From assembly GCA_041746755.1 (NCBI GenBank), contig JBGTGL010000035.1:1-45272 (forward strand): a stretch of 45,272 nt of DNA. Direction: 5' to 3'. Numbering within the stretch: the stretch's first letter is position 1; every line of letters begins with the position of its first letter. Below the pieces are notes generated by a model that was given only the letters and a program-made list of their open reading frames with translations, was not told the DNA's origin and did not search any database. Positions 8,404 through 17,008 of the stretch are shown in pieces. A program made the position numbers and the translations under genes. This stretch comes from Acidimicrobiia bacterium (GTDB lineage Bacteria; Actinomycetota; Acidimicrobiia; Spongiisociales; ZC4RG35).

Positions 8404-9060
8404 TTGGTAATTAACAAATATCTCGCCGAGTTTATGGGGACATGGATCCTCGTATTTGGTGGATCAATGGCGATACTCGCCGTTGTGTCGCTCGGGGGTG
8501 GTGAAGATCCATCCAAATTGATCATCATCGCCTTTGCTTTTGGGCTTTCACTCCTGGCCGGGATCTGGGCTGTGGGCCACGTGTCCGGTGCCCATTTCAA
8601 CCCGGCGGTCACGCTGAGCATGTTGCTCGACGGCAGGATCTCGTTCAGCGACGCCATCGGCTATTGGATCGGCCAGTTTGCCGGAGGGATCGTCGCGTCG
8701 GTCACGGTTGCCGGTGCGTCCAGTGTCGAGGCGGTGGCGCAAACGATGACAACTCATACAGACCAAACTGCAGCCATCCTTCTGGAGATCGCTTTGACTG
8801 CGATATTCGTTTGGGTGATCCTGGCTGTGACCAAAACCGGTGGCAATCATGCCCCGGCAGCCATCGCTCTGACCCTGGTGGCTGTCCACCTGGCCGGAAT
8901 TCCGTTCTCCGGTTCCTCGGTGAACCCGGCACGATCTTTCGGCCCGGCCGTCGTCTCAGGTGATTTTTCCAATGTCTGGGTTTACGTGGTATTCCCGTTC
9001 GTCGGTGGAGTCGTTGCCTGGATGCTCTACCGGTTGTTCCCGGTTCCGTCCGAGACTTAA
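8404..9060 (+). CDS. aqpZ: MIP family aquaporin (AqpZ-like)
   Basis: Two NPA boxes (HFNPAVT and SVNPARS) and six hydrophobic segments. I prefer the TTG at 8404, which lies 7 nt after AAAGGAGG (8389-8396). GTG 8398 or the track start 8356 are alternatives. Confidence 0.9.
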   Translation: MVINKYLAEFMGTWILVFGGSMAILAVVSLGGGEDPSKLIIIAFAFGLSLLAGIWAVGHVSGAHFNPAVTLSMLLDGRISFSDAIGYWIGQFAGGIVASVTVAGASSVEAVAQTMTTHTDQTAAILLEIALTAIFVWVILAVTKTGGNHAPAAIALTLVAVHLAGIPFSGSSVNPARSFGPAVVSGDFSNVWVYVVFPFVGGVVAWMLYRLFPVPSET

Positions 9061-9065
9061 CCAAC

Positions 9066-9108
9066 AAAAAAAAAATGGGCGATCTGTCGGTCAGATCGCC
9101 CATTTTTA
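9066..9108. terminator. Bidirectional intrinsic terminator between convergent genes
   Basis: Perfect 12-bp stem ATGGGCGATCTG (9075-9086) / CAGATCGCCCAT (9092-9103) with a 5-nt loop. It is flanked by A10 on one side and T5 on the other. Confidence 0.85.
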
Positions 9109-9125
9109 TATGGATGAGACGCCGA

Positions 9126-9587
9126 TCAGAGGAAGACCTGTTCGCTATCGATCAGATCCTCCAGCCCAACGATCCACCCGGCCGGCAGTTTCCAATGTCT
9201 GGCGCCGTGAATGATCTGACCTAGATAGGCCGGATCGGGGCTGGTCGGCTCCGTTCCGGAGGGAGGCGCTACGAAGGTTAGGCAGTCGTGCTTGTTGCCC
9301 TCCCGGTCGATCGCCTTCATATCCCAACCGGCGATCCGACCTTCGCGGTTCTCGGCTGCCGTGATCGAGGCGACGTCTTCCTCGGGAATAGCGAACACAC
9401 CACCCCAAACCGTATGTTCGGGATGCTCTTGCAAGGTCGGCATCGTCCCGGAACCATTGGCGACGAAACAGAGCCGGGTGGCGGGATAGTGGGCACTGAA
9501 CATAAATCTGGCCTTCGGTGCCGTTGCGGTTATTCGTTCCGGCGCCAGGAGTGCGGTGTACGCGAAATAGAGCTTGGTATCTGACAC
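9126..9587 (-). CDS. Gamma-glutamylcyclotransferase (GGCT/AIG2-like) fold protein
   Basis: 153 aa. The N-terminal YFAYTALL resembles the YFAYGSN motif, and the size and beta-rich pattern fit. The assignment is tentative. Confidence 0.5.
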   Translation of the reverse strand: MSDTKLYFAYTALLAPERITATAPKARFMFSAHYPATRLCFVANGSGTMPTLQEHPEHTVWGGVFAIPEEDVASITAAENREGRIAGWDMKAIDREGNKHDCLTFVAPPSGTEPTSPDPAYLGQIIHGARHWKLPAGWIVGLEDLIDSEQVFL

Positions 9588-9685
9588 GGGTGACTGAGTG
9601 TACCGGCTCCCGACCTCAGCCCAGGTAGCAGCGACGACGTCGATTTATTCTCAATAAACATGGCAGCCTCTAGTGTCCTCAAGAC

Positions 9686-10288
9686 ATGAAGAAGGTCTTA
9701 CTCGCTGCATTGGTGGTGGCGGTCGCTGCGTGTGCCACCCCCGGCGGTTCGGCCACCACCTCTAATTCATCATCGGATACCGTCGCCAGCTCGGAGACCC
9801 CGACAACCAGTTCGTCCGCAGACCCGACATCTTCAACCGCCCCCGGCGAGACCGCCACTACGTCGAACCGACCGAAGGCCCCAGATTTCACACTGGAATT
9901 GGGCGACGGAGGCACTTACACCCTCTCAGAGGGTGATAAGCCGGTCTACATGGTCTTTTGGGCCGAGTGGTGACCCACCTGTCGACGGGAGTTGCCCGTC
10001 ATCGACAAACTATCAGCTGAATATGCAGACCGGGTTGACTTCGTTGCCCCCGCCTGGAAGTCGTCTTTTGCTGCAACTGAAGAGCGTGCCGATGAGCTCT
10101 TTCTCGTTGGGAATGTCCTGTGGGGTCTCGACGAAGACGAAACAATCTTCGGTCTATATGGTGTTCCGTACCAGCCCGTCACGGTGTTGATCGCTGGTGA
10201 TGACACCGTGGTCGAGTCCTGGCCCGGACTCCGCGAGGAGGCCGAGATCAGAGCCGCCCTCGACAACTTGATTGCCCTCTCCGGATGA
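9686..10288 (+). CDS. TlpA/ResA-like thiol:disulfide oxidoreductase lipoprotein with an in-frame TGA (9971-9973) at the first active-site Cys. Candidate selenoprotein (W-U-P-T-C), otherwise a pseudogene.
   Basis: Track ORFs 9686..9973 and 9992..10288 share one frame. Read-through gives the lipobox LVVAVAACAT, an S/T/P linker, VYMVFWAEW-[TGA]-PTCRRELPVIDKL and then YGVPYQPVTVLI. This is a textbook TlpA fold with TGA where the nucleophilic Cys belongs. Confidence 0.65.
9980..10007 (+). promoter_or_regulatory. SECIS-like hairpin downstream of the in-frame UGA
   Basis: TGTCGA-CGGG / loop AGTTG / CCCG-(TCA bulge)-TCGACA. The apical loop starts 17 nt after the UGA and has a G in its first two positions, which fits descriptions of bacterial SECIS geometry. 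Confidence 0.45.
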
Positions 10289-10311
10289 GGGAATTGGCTT
10301 AACCTCCGACA

Positions 10312-10710
10312 ATGGAGCAACGCTCGAAAAGGGACAACGATGCCTTCCAAGCCGGGTTTTTCGCGCTGGAGATGAATCTCATCGACCCGGCAACCCGTCG
10401 ATCCGCGGTAGCCGTTGGCAAGATGATCCATGACGACTTTGTCGAGTTCGGGAGTAGTGGAGATCGCTACGACCGCGGCCATGCAATCGAGGTGATGGCC
10501 TCAGGGCTAGCGGGCGAGGTCCTCATCAAGGACTTCGAGGCACTTACGCTGGCTCCCTCGGTCGTACTGTGCACGTACCGTTCGATCGGAGAAACGGGGC
10601 GGGAGGCGCGACGCAGTTCGATATGGGTCGAGTCGGACAACGAGTGGAAGATCATCTTCCATCAGGGAACTCGGGTCCCGGACTCCTGGATGGACCGCTC
10701 CGGTCGATAA
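10312..10710 (+). CDS. SnoaL-like / DUF4440 (NTF2-fold) protein
   Basis: 132 aa. The size fits, and the pattern (FVEFGSSG...YDR...; C-terminal W..ES..WKIIFHQGT) is typical of DUF4440 proteins. Confidence 0.55.
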   Translation: MEQRSKRDNDAFQAGFFALEMNLIDPATRRSAVAVGKMIHDDFVEFGSSGDRYDRGHAIEVMASGLAGEVLIKDFEALTLAPSVVLCTYRSIGETGREARRSSIWVESDNEWKIIFHQGTRVPDSWMDRSGR

Positions 10711-10746
10711 CCGTATGCCTGTTTCCATCCTTACGATGATGGCAAT

Positions 10747-12177
10747 TTGAGGCAATTCGAACTTTTCATCGTGTACGCCGCCCTGTTTGCGGTTGCGTGG
10801 CCTGCCGTCTTCGGGGTCCGTCCCCGGCGTGGCATTGCGTCGGGCCTTCTCTTCATCGCAGCCATTGCCCAATTACAGGTCGAAGGTTTTCGCTATCAGA
10901 TGATTCCGCTCTATGCCCTGGCCTCAGGGTTGGCCGTTGGGGACATAGTTTTCCTGGATCGGACCCTGAAGTGGCCCAATCGCGTTTTGCGCGCTATCGG
11001 CGGCACCGTCATCATCGCATTGGCTGCTGCCCTGCCGTTTCTCCTCCCGGTTCCGGAGTTGCCTGTTCCGTCGGGGCCCGACGACATTGGGACGGTCGTC
11101 GTCGAGCTGGTCGATACCACTCGAGAGGAGACCTACGGTCCCAAGCCCGGCGGGCCTAGGGAACTGGTGGTGCAGATCTGGTACCCGGCGATCACCGACT
11201 CCACTTCTGAACCCGTGGGAATCCATCCCGACTGGGATGTGGTCGGACCCGCCCTGTCGAAGAATCTTGGATTCCCGGGATGGTTCCTGTCCCATCTCCA
11301 ATACACCGAATCTCACACGTTCGAGTCGGTGCCCGTCGCCCCCGGTTCCTATCCGGTCATCGTTTTTAGCCACGGGTGGACCGGATATCGCTCCATTGCC
11401 CTCAATCAGATCGAAACCCTGGTTTCTAACGGGTACATCGTGATCGCCCCCGATCACACCTACGGTGCCGTGGCCACCAGGTTCGCCGACGGTGAGGTGG
11501 TCGAATACGACAGCGCAGCCCTGCCAGACGCTGATTCCGTATCTGTTGAGGAATACGATCAGGCTTCGGAGACGCTCGTCGATGTGTATGCCGACGACAT
11601 CACCAGCATCATCAATGCCCTGGAAAAAGGGGTTGGAGGCGTATTCGGAGATTATGTCGAGAGCATGGATCTGACCCGTATCGGCCTGTACGGCCATTCC
11701 ACTGGTGGTGGTGCTGCGGTCAAAGTCTGCCTACTCGATGAGCGTTGTGATGCCGTTCTCGGGATGGATCCCTGGGTGGAGCCGTTTTCGGACAAAGTAC
11801 TAGCCACGACGGCGCAACGGCCCGCCATGTACCTCCGCTCGGCGGAGTGGCAGGAGAAGACCAATGACGCCATCCTGCGCGGTGTCGCCGAACGGAGCGA
11901 GAGTGTTTCGTATTGGGTGGGGATTGAAGGAACAACCCACAACGACTTCGTGATGACACCTCTGTTCTCGCCGATTGCCGACGACCTCGGTTTGCGAGGC
12001 CCTATCCCCGCCGGGCGAATAATTCCGATTGTCAATCAGTATCTGCTCGGGTTCTTTGACGTGTTCCTGCTCGGTACCGGTTCGGCGTCGATCGACAACG
12101 TCCTCTTCGACGAGGTAACACTGGAAATCTTGGGATCGGTTGACGTGGCGGATCCGGTTACCGAAGAAGGCCCCTAA
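10747..12177 (+). CDS. Membrane-anchored alpha/beta hydrolase (PAF-acetylhydrolase/lipase-like)
   Basis: 476 aa. It has about 4 N-terminal TM segments followed by a hydrolase domain with FSHGW (oxyanion region) and the nucleophile elbow YGHSTGGG. The TTG start is uncertain. Confidence 0.65.
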   Translation: MRQFELFIVYAALFAVAWPAVFGVRPRRGIASGLLFIAAIAQLQVEGFRYQMIPLYALASGLAVGDIVFLDRTLKWPNRVLRAIGGTVIIALAAALPFLLPVPELPVPSGPDDIGTVVVELVDTTREETYGPKPGGPRELVVQIWYPAITDSTSEPVGIHPDWDVVGPALSKNLGFPGWFLSHLQYTESHTFESVPVAPGSYPVIVFSHGWTGYRSIALNQIETLVSNGYIVIAPDHTYGAVATRFADGEVVEYDSAALPDADSVSVEEYDQASETLVDVYADDITSIINALEKGVGGVFGDYVESMDLTRIGLYGHSTGGGAAVKVCLLDERCDAVLGMDPWVEPFSDKVLATTAQRPAMYLRSAEWQEKTNDAILRGVAERSESVSYWVGIEGTTHNDFVMTPLFSPIADDLGLRGPIPAGRIIPIVNQYLLGFFDVFLLGTGSASIDNVLFDEVTLEILGSVDVADPVTEEGP

Positions 12178-12767
12178 GCGTCCGGTCTTTGTTGGGTGTC
12201 GCCGGTGGTCTGTTGTCCCGGCGTTTCGCCGGCGATGATCGAGTCGAGCGTCGCCCCCAGTATCAGGGCGTCTGATTCACCGACGATTTTGCCCACAACT
12301 ATCCCTGCCTCGTCGATGAAAAAGGTCTCGGGAATGCCAAAGACACCGTAGGCAATCGCGGCGCGGCTCCGGTCGTCCTGTAGATATGTGGTGGCGTCCG
12401 AGACACCCGCGTCTTCGAGGTAGGCGAGCGTGGTGGACGGGTCTTCTTGATAGGCGATCTGGACGAACCTGACATTTTGATCGGCGAAGGCTTCTGAAGT
12501 GGCCACCAGGTCAGCGTGCTCCTTGCGGCATTCGAGGCACCAGGAGGCAAAGAAGTTGATCACGACGATCGTGCCCTTGAGGTCGGCCATGTCGAAGTTG
12601 GCCGATCCGTCGAGAAGTTCCAATTGAAGGACAGGTGCGGATTGTCCGAGAAGTGGTGACTCGACGAGGGCGGGGTCTCTCCCGAACCGACTGGCCAGCA
12701 CCACAGAGAAGACAACGGCGATGGCGGCGACAGCGAGAGCTCCGAACTTGAGCGCGCGACCGTTCAT
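12174..12767 (-). CDS. ccmG: Thiol:disulfide oxidoreductase CcmG/DsbE (TlpA family)
   Basis: N-terminal membrane anchor, then INFFASWCLECRKEH (CxxC) and GIPETFFID. The ATG at 12767 forms an ATGA overlap with the ccmH stop. It is the last gene of the ccm array. Confidence 0.85.
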   Translation of the reverse strand: MNGRALKFGALAVAAIAVVFSVVLASRFGRDPALVESPLLGQSAPVLQLELLDGSANFDMADLKGTIVVINFFASWCLECRKEHADLVATSEAFADQNVRFVQIAYQEDPSTTLAYLEDAGVSDATTYLQDDRSRAAIAYGVFGIPETFFIDEAGIVVGKIVGESDALILGATLDSIIAGETPGQQTTGDTQQRPDA

Positions 12768-13777
12768 ACGCAATCGTCGCCGGTACTGGCCAGGGCGAGG
12801 TCGGCCTCGACCCGGGCACGGGTATCATCGGAGAGGTCGGGCTGGGCGAGGATCTCTGCAAAGAGCGTCGAAGCGTCGACCGGGTTGTCGGCTCCACACC
12901 ACAAAACCTGTCCTTTGATGTAGAGGGCGACGGGAGAGCCCGGACTGAGTGCCAGGGCCTGGTCGAGGAGATCTGTCGCCGTCTCCACTTCTCCGTTTCC
13001 GTCGTATGCCATCCAACCAAGACGCACCAACGAAATAGTCGCTTGGTCGTTTGTGGCGATTGGAGACTCGGCCACCGCCAGGAAGTGGGGAAAGGCGTTG
13101 CGGTAGTCCCCGGTCTCGAAGTAGCGCTCGGCAAGAGCGAGGCGCATGCCGTTGATCTCGGTGTTGTCGAGGTTGGCGGCGATCACGGCCTCCATTGTCT
13201 CGTTGCTGACATCGTCGAGGTTATCCGTTCCGATCTCCGCTGCCCCCGAAGCGGCTCCGGCACCGTCTTGGATCAAAGCAGCTGCCACCCCCACGATTAG
13301 AACCAACCCGCCGATCACAATCAAACCGCCGATCAGACGGCGGTTGGCAAGGGCGGGCGCCGTCCGTTCGGCCGCCGGAGATATTGGCTCTTCCCCCGGA
13401 TGTCGTTTCCACCATGCAATTATCCCGATCCCCATGAGGAGAGCGGTCAGCGGTGCTAGCCAGAGAAGGAGGGTCGATCCCGAAGCTGGAGGATCGAGAA
13501 GTACGGCTCCGGTAAAAGACCCGAGCAATTCGCTGACGATTTCATCGTTCGAGGCTCCAGCGGCGACCCGCTCTTCAACCAAAGCCATCATGTCGACGGC
13601 CATACTCGCCGGCGAATCGGCGATCGATTCTCCCTGACAGACCGGGCACTTGATCCGGCTCCCGATCGACTCGACGCGGTCACCGGGGCTTTGGTTGGTC
13701 GCGACCAATCCAACGACCAGGACTGTCAAGAGGGCGATTAACCCGCCGACGACGATGTTTTTGACGCGATCAGACAT
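12764..13777 (-). CDS. ccmH: Cytochrome c-type biogenesis protein CcmH fused to a TPR (CcmI-like) C-terminal domain
   Basis: N-terminal TM followed by IKCPVCQGESIADS (the CcmH CxxC motif), a second TM, and then a ~170-aa helical-repeat region (YFETGDYRNAFPHF..., LDQALALSPGSPVALYIKGQVL). Confidence 0.8.
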   Translation of the reverse strand: MSDRVKNIVVGGLIALLTVLVVGLVATNQSPGDRVESIGSRIKCPVCQGESIADSPASMAVDMMALVEERVAAGASNDEIVSELLGSFTGAVLLDPPASGSTLLLWLAPLTALLMGIGIIAWWKRHPGEEPISPAAERTAPALANRRLIGGLIVIGGLVLIVGVAAALIQDGAGAASGAAEIGTDNLDDVSNETMEAVIAANLDNTEINGMRLALAERYFETGDYRNAFPHFLAVAESPIATNDQATISLVRLGWMAYDGNGEVETATDLLDQALALSPGSPVALYIKGQVLWCGADNPVDASTLFAEILAQPDLSDDTRARVEADLALASTGDDCV

Positions 13778-15794
13778 CGGCGCTTAGACGTTGGTCTGAC
13801 CGCCTTCGTTCCGACCTTCGCGCCCCCAGCGCCAGAAGACCACCGGCGGCAGTCACCAGGCCACCGATCCACAGCAGCCAGATCAAGGGAGACGTGTCCA
13901 ATGCCAGGGTTATCGACGCCGAATCGACATCGCGCAGGCTCAAATAGAGGTCGCCGCCCGGTCGGGTGAGGACAGCGGGTGTAACGATTCCGGCATTGTC
14001 ATTTGCGTAGAAATTCGCAGTTGGTTCCATGATCGCTACGAACTCAGCGCCGCGAAGCACCGTAATCCGGGCGCCTCGCACTGTCCGTTGCGGCTCATCG
14101 ATCTGGAATGGACTCTCGTAAACCAATTCATATCCGGCGAATTCGACTGAGTCTCCCGGCTCCATGACGACCACATCATGGAGGGCGAGGTTGGAGGCGA
14201 ATGCGATCCCGATCGCGACCAGCACAACACCGACATGACTCATCTGGCCAGCCCAGAAAGCCTGATCGCCCTTGACAACCTCAACGACCGCTGTGGACAT
14301 CGAGACATCAGTTTTAACGGATCGGGATCGGGCCTGGTCTGTCAAAAGCGCAACCAGTGTGCCGACAACAAATGCTCCCATCACGCAGGCGAGCACTACC
14401 CATCCCACCCGGGTGACGAAGAGGCCCACTGCCGCACCACAGGCGAGGGCAATCACGACGGGGAGCCGGATCCGCCCCCAAAGTTTTCCGCCATCGGCGG
14501 ACCCCCATGGGATCACCGGACCGATCCCCATAACGAGGAGCAAAGCGAAGGTCAGCGGGAGGGCGAGGCGGTTGTAAAAAGGCCCACCCACGCCCACCTG
14601 AGTCCCGGTGAAAGCCTCGAGAAAGAGCGGGTAGGTTGTTCCCACCAGGACGACAAACGCGTAGAGGGTGAGCAGCAGGTTGTTGGCGAGAAACGCACCT
14701 TCCCGGCTGAAAAGGGAATTCATTCTCGGGGCTGAACTGACCAGGTGGGAGCGAGCTGCGAAGAGGGCGAAGGAGCCGCCCAGCACCACCACCAGAAATC
14801 CCAGGAGGGCGGGCCCGATTGCCGATTGGGTGAATGAGTGGACCGAATTAATAGTTCCTGATCGAGTCAGGAACGTCCCGAGAATCGTCAACGAGAACAT
14901 CGATATCACCAGAACGAAATTCCAAGCTTGCAACATGTTGCGTCTCTGTTGGACTATCGCCGAATGGAGGAAGGCCGTCGCCACCAGCCACGGCATCAAA
15001 GATGCATTTTCTACCGGATCCCATGCCCAATAGCCACCCCACGAAAGGACCTCGTAGGCCCACCAGCCCCCGAGCAGGATCCCTGTTGTGAGGAAACTCC
15101 ATGCGACCAGGGTGGATCGGTGCGATCGGTACAGCCATTCCGGCCCGGGAACTCCCAGAGCCAGGGCGCTTATGGCGTATGCGAATGGGACTGTCAGGCC
15201 CACGTACCCCGCGTAGAGAATGGGCGGGTGAATGGCCATCAAGTAGTGGTTTTGGAGGAGGGGGTTGGGGCCCGCCCCTTCGAGGGGAGCCGAGGCGGTG
15301 GCCCATGGCCAGGGACTGGAATCGAGGCATGACCGCTCGGCAGCCAGAACGCACACCTCGAAGGGATTGGAGACGGTGATCATCAATCCAAAGAAGAAGA
15401 TCCCGACGAAGCTCATCACCGCCAATGCGCCCGCCCCGAGAGGGTCGGGCGACCGCCGATAATTGCGATAGACGATCCAGGTGAACACCGACAGGACCAG
15501 TCCCCACAGAACGATCGAACCTTCTAGCGCACCCCAAGCACTGGCCACATTGAACGGAAACGGAGTCGTGGAAGCGTGGTGATTGGCGACATAGGAGACG
15601 GAAAAGTCATTCGTCACCAGTGCGAGGACCAAAGCGACCATCGCGATGACCGAGCCGGAGAGGATAAGTTGGACCGGTGCGGTCAGACTGCCCTTTTTGC
15701 TGCGGGATCGTGCCACCCCGATCGAGCGCACCAACAAAAGGATGTAGCCGACGAGGCCCGCGAGTGCGCCCGCAGTGCCGAGAAATCCCAGCAT
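13770..15794 (-). CDS. ccmF: Cytochrome c haem lyase subunit CcmF
   Basis: 674 aa polytopic protein with the WWD motif WGGYWAWDPVENASLMPWL and conserved His residues. It is embedded between ccmE and ccmH. Confidence 0.95.
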   Translation of the reverse strand: MLGFLGTAGALAGLVGYILLLVRSIGVARSRSKKGSLTAPVQLILSGSVIAMVALVLALVTNDFSVSYVANHHASTTPFPFNVASAWGALEGSIVLWGLVLSVFTWIVYRNYRRSPDPLGAGALAVMSFVGIFFFGLMITVSNPFEVCVLAAERSCLDSSPWPWATASAPLEGAGPNPLLQNHYLMAIHPPILYAGYVGLTVPFAYAISALALGVPGPEWLYRSHRSTLVAWSFLTTGILLGGWWAYEVLSWGGYWAWDPVENASLMPWLVATAFLHSAIVQQRRNMLQAWNFVLVISMFSLTILGTFLTRSGTINSVHSFTQSAIGPALLGFLVVVLGGSFALFAARSHLVSSAPRMNSLFSREGAFLANNLLLTLYAFVVLVGTTYPLFLEAFTGTQVGVGGPFYNRLALPLTFALLLVMGIGPVIPWGSADGGKLWGRIRLPVVIALACGAAVGLFVTRVGWVVLACVMGAFVVGTLVALLTDQARSRSVKTDVSMSTAVVEVVKGDQAFWAGQMSHVGVVLVAIGIAFASNLALHDVVVMEPGDSVEFAGYELVYESPFQIDEPQRTVRGARITVLRGAEFVAIMEPTANFYANDNAGIVTPAVLTRPGGDLYLSLRDVDSASITLALDTSPLIWLLWIGGLVTAAGGLLALGARRSERRRSDQRLSADV

Positions 15795-16198
15795 CAGCTG
15801 CCCGCGGCCGTTCCCTCGTCGGGGATCTCGTAGTTCTCGTCGTGCTGAATCAAGGCCTGGGTCGCCACGTAGGTATCACCCAACCAGGCGCCGTCCAGCA
15901 AAACGGGCACGGTGTCGTCGAAGAGTGGGGGAGGGATGTTGACGAGTCGAACCGTAATGGTCGCACCCCCGTCCGTAACCTCGAATCGGAGATCGCTTGC
16001 ATCTTCTTCGAGGCTGCCTTCGACCACATTCCCCGCCAGCCGGAAAACCTCACCATCGGGGAAGTCGGCTCTTTGTTCGACCGCCTCGGTCGGGTAGAGG
16101 TAGTAGGTGAGATTGCTATCCAAGCTGACCAGGGACATCGCCACAATCAGGGCGATGATCCCCCCGATTCCGAAGAGGACCAGGCTCCTGTGTTCCAT
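15794..16198 (-). CDS. ccmE: Haem chaperone CcmE
   Basis: 134 aa with an N-terminal anchor and an OB-fold region (FRLAGNVVEGS). The haem-binding motif is IQHDENYEIP (H-x3-Y). The stop/start pair with ccmF shares one nucleotide (TGATG). Confidence 0.9.
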   Translation of the reverse strand: MEHRSLVLFGIGGIIALIVAMSLVSLDSNLTYYLYPTEAVEQRADFPDGEVFRLAGNVVEGSLEEDASDLRFEVTDGGATITVRLVNIPPPLFDDTVPVLLDGAWLGDTYVATQALIQHDENYEIPDEGTAAGS

Positions 16199-16200
16199 GG

Positions 16201-16305
16201 CTACTGCTCAGCCCGCTTCCGTCTCAGGTGCAGGTAGACGGCGTAACCGAGAGTCGCACCATAGACCACTGCGTAAGTACCGATGACGATGGCTGCGTCA
16301 GACAT
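16201..16305 (-). CDS. ccmD: Haem exporter protein CcmD (small single-TM)
   Basis: 34 aa, MSDAAIVIGTYAVVYGATLGYAVYLHLRRKRAEQ. The position between ccmC and ccmE, the size and the TM-plus-basic-tail layout fit CcmD. It overlaps the end of ccmC by 8 nt. Confidence 0.7.
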   Translation of the reverse strand: MSDAAIVIGTYAVVYGATLGYAVYLHLRRKRAEQ

Positions 16306-17008
16306 CTTGAATATCCGATAGTCGGGGAGGTGAGACCGCGTCGCCGGCGACTTCTGTGGAGACCGAGCGGGCGGCCTCGAGTCGGCCAACATAGATTCGG
16401 GCCATCATCAGTGCGACGTAGAGGATGGTGAATGCGCCGAGATTGATCAACATCGGCAACAGAATTTCGGTCGGCATCGTCGACCCGTCGGGCCGGATCG
16501 ACTGGGTTTGGTGCAGTGTTCGAACCAGGTTCACCGAGAAATAGACCAGCGGCACCTGGATTACCGCGACCGTCCCCAAAATTGCGGCTCTTTTTGCCCT
16601 CACAGCCGGGTCAGCGATCGAGCGGCGCAGGGCGAGGTAGGCGAGGTAGACGAAGATCATCACCGCAGTTGTGGTCAGCCGGGCGTCGCCCCAATCCCAG
16701 GCCTGGCCCCAAACCGCTTGACCCCAAACCATTCCGGTGAAGACGCCCACAATCGCATAGAGGACGCCAATTTCGGCGGAGGCGCCGGCGAGCGAGTCCC
16801 AACGTTGCTTCTTCGAGATCAAATACCCGATCGATCCTAGGGCAGTTATCCCAAAGGCAAGGAAGGCAAGCCACAGAGTAGGAACGTGGATGTAGATCAT
16901 CCGGGTGAATTCCCCCTGAAGGTTGTCCAACGGGGCGGTGAAGGCGCGATATCCCCCGTAGACGAGGGCGATACCCGCCAGGAAGAACATGACCTGAATT
17001 CGTCTCAT
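16298..17008 (-). CDS. ccmC: Haem exporter/haem-handling protein CcmC
   Basis: 236 aa starting at MRRIQVMFFLAG, with the WWD motif WGQAVWGQAWDWGDARL. There is an ATGA overlap with the ccmB stop at 17005-17008. The track's 402-aa N-terminal extension is Arg/Gly/Pro-rich junk overlapping ccmB. Confidence 0.9.
   Translation of the reverse strand: MRRIQVMFFLAGIALVYGGYRAFTAPLDNLQGEFTRMIYIHVPTLWLAFLAFGITALGSIGYLISKKQRWDSLAGASAEIGVLYAIVGVFTGMVWGQAVWGQAWDWGDARLTTTAVMIFVYLAYLALRRSIADPAVRAKRAAILGTVAVIQVPLVYFSVNLVRTLHQTQSIRPDGSTMPTEILLPMLINLGAFTILYVALMMARIYVGRLEAARSVSTEVAGDAVSPPRLSDIQDV

Noticed and set aside
7846-8410. ORFs 7846..8403 (-), 7730..8194 (-) and 8075..8410 (+)
   Set aside because: They lie on top of the RNase P RNA, whose conserved P4 and P1 elements explain the sequence. 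Their translations are Arg/Pro/Gly-rich with no protein-like features.
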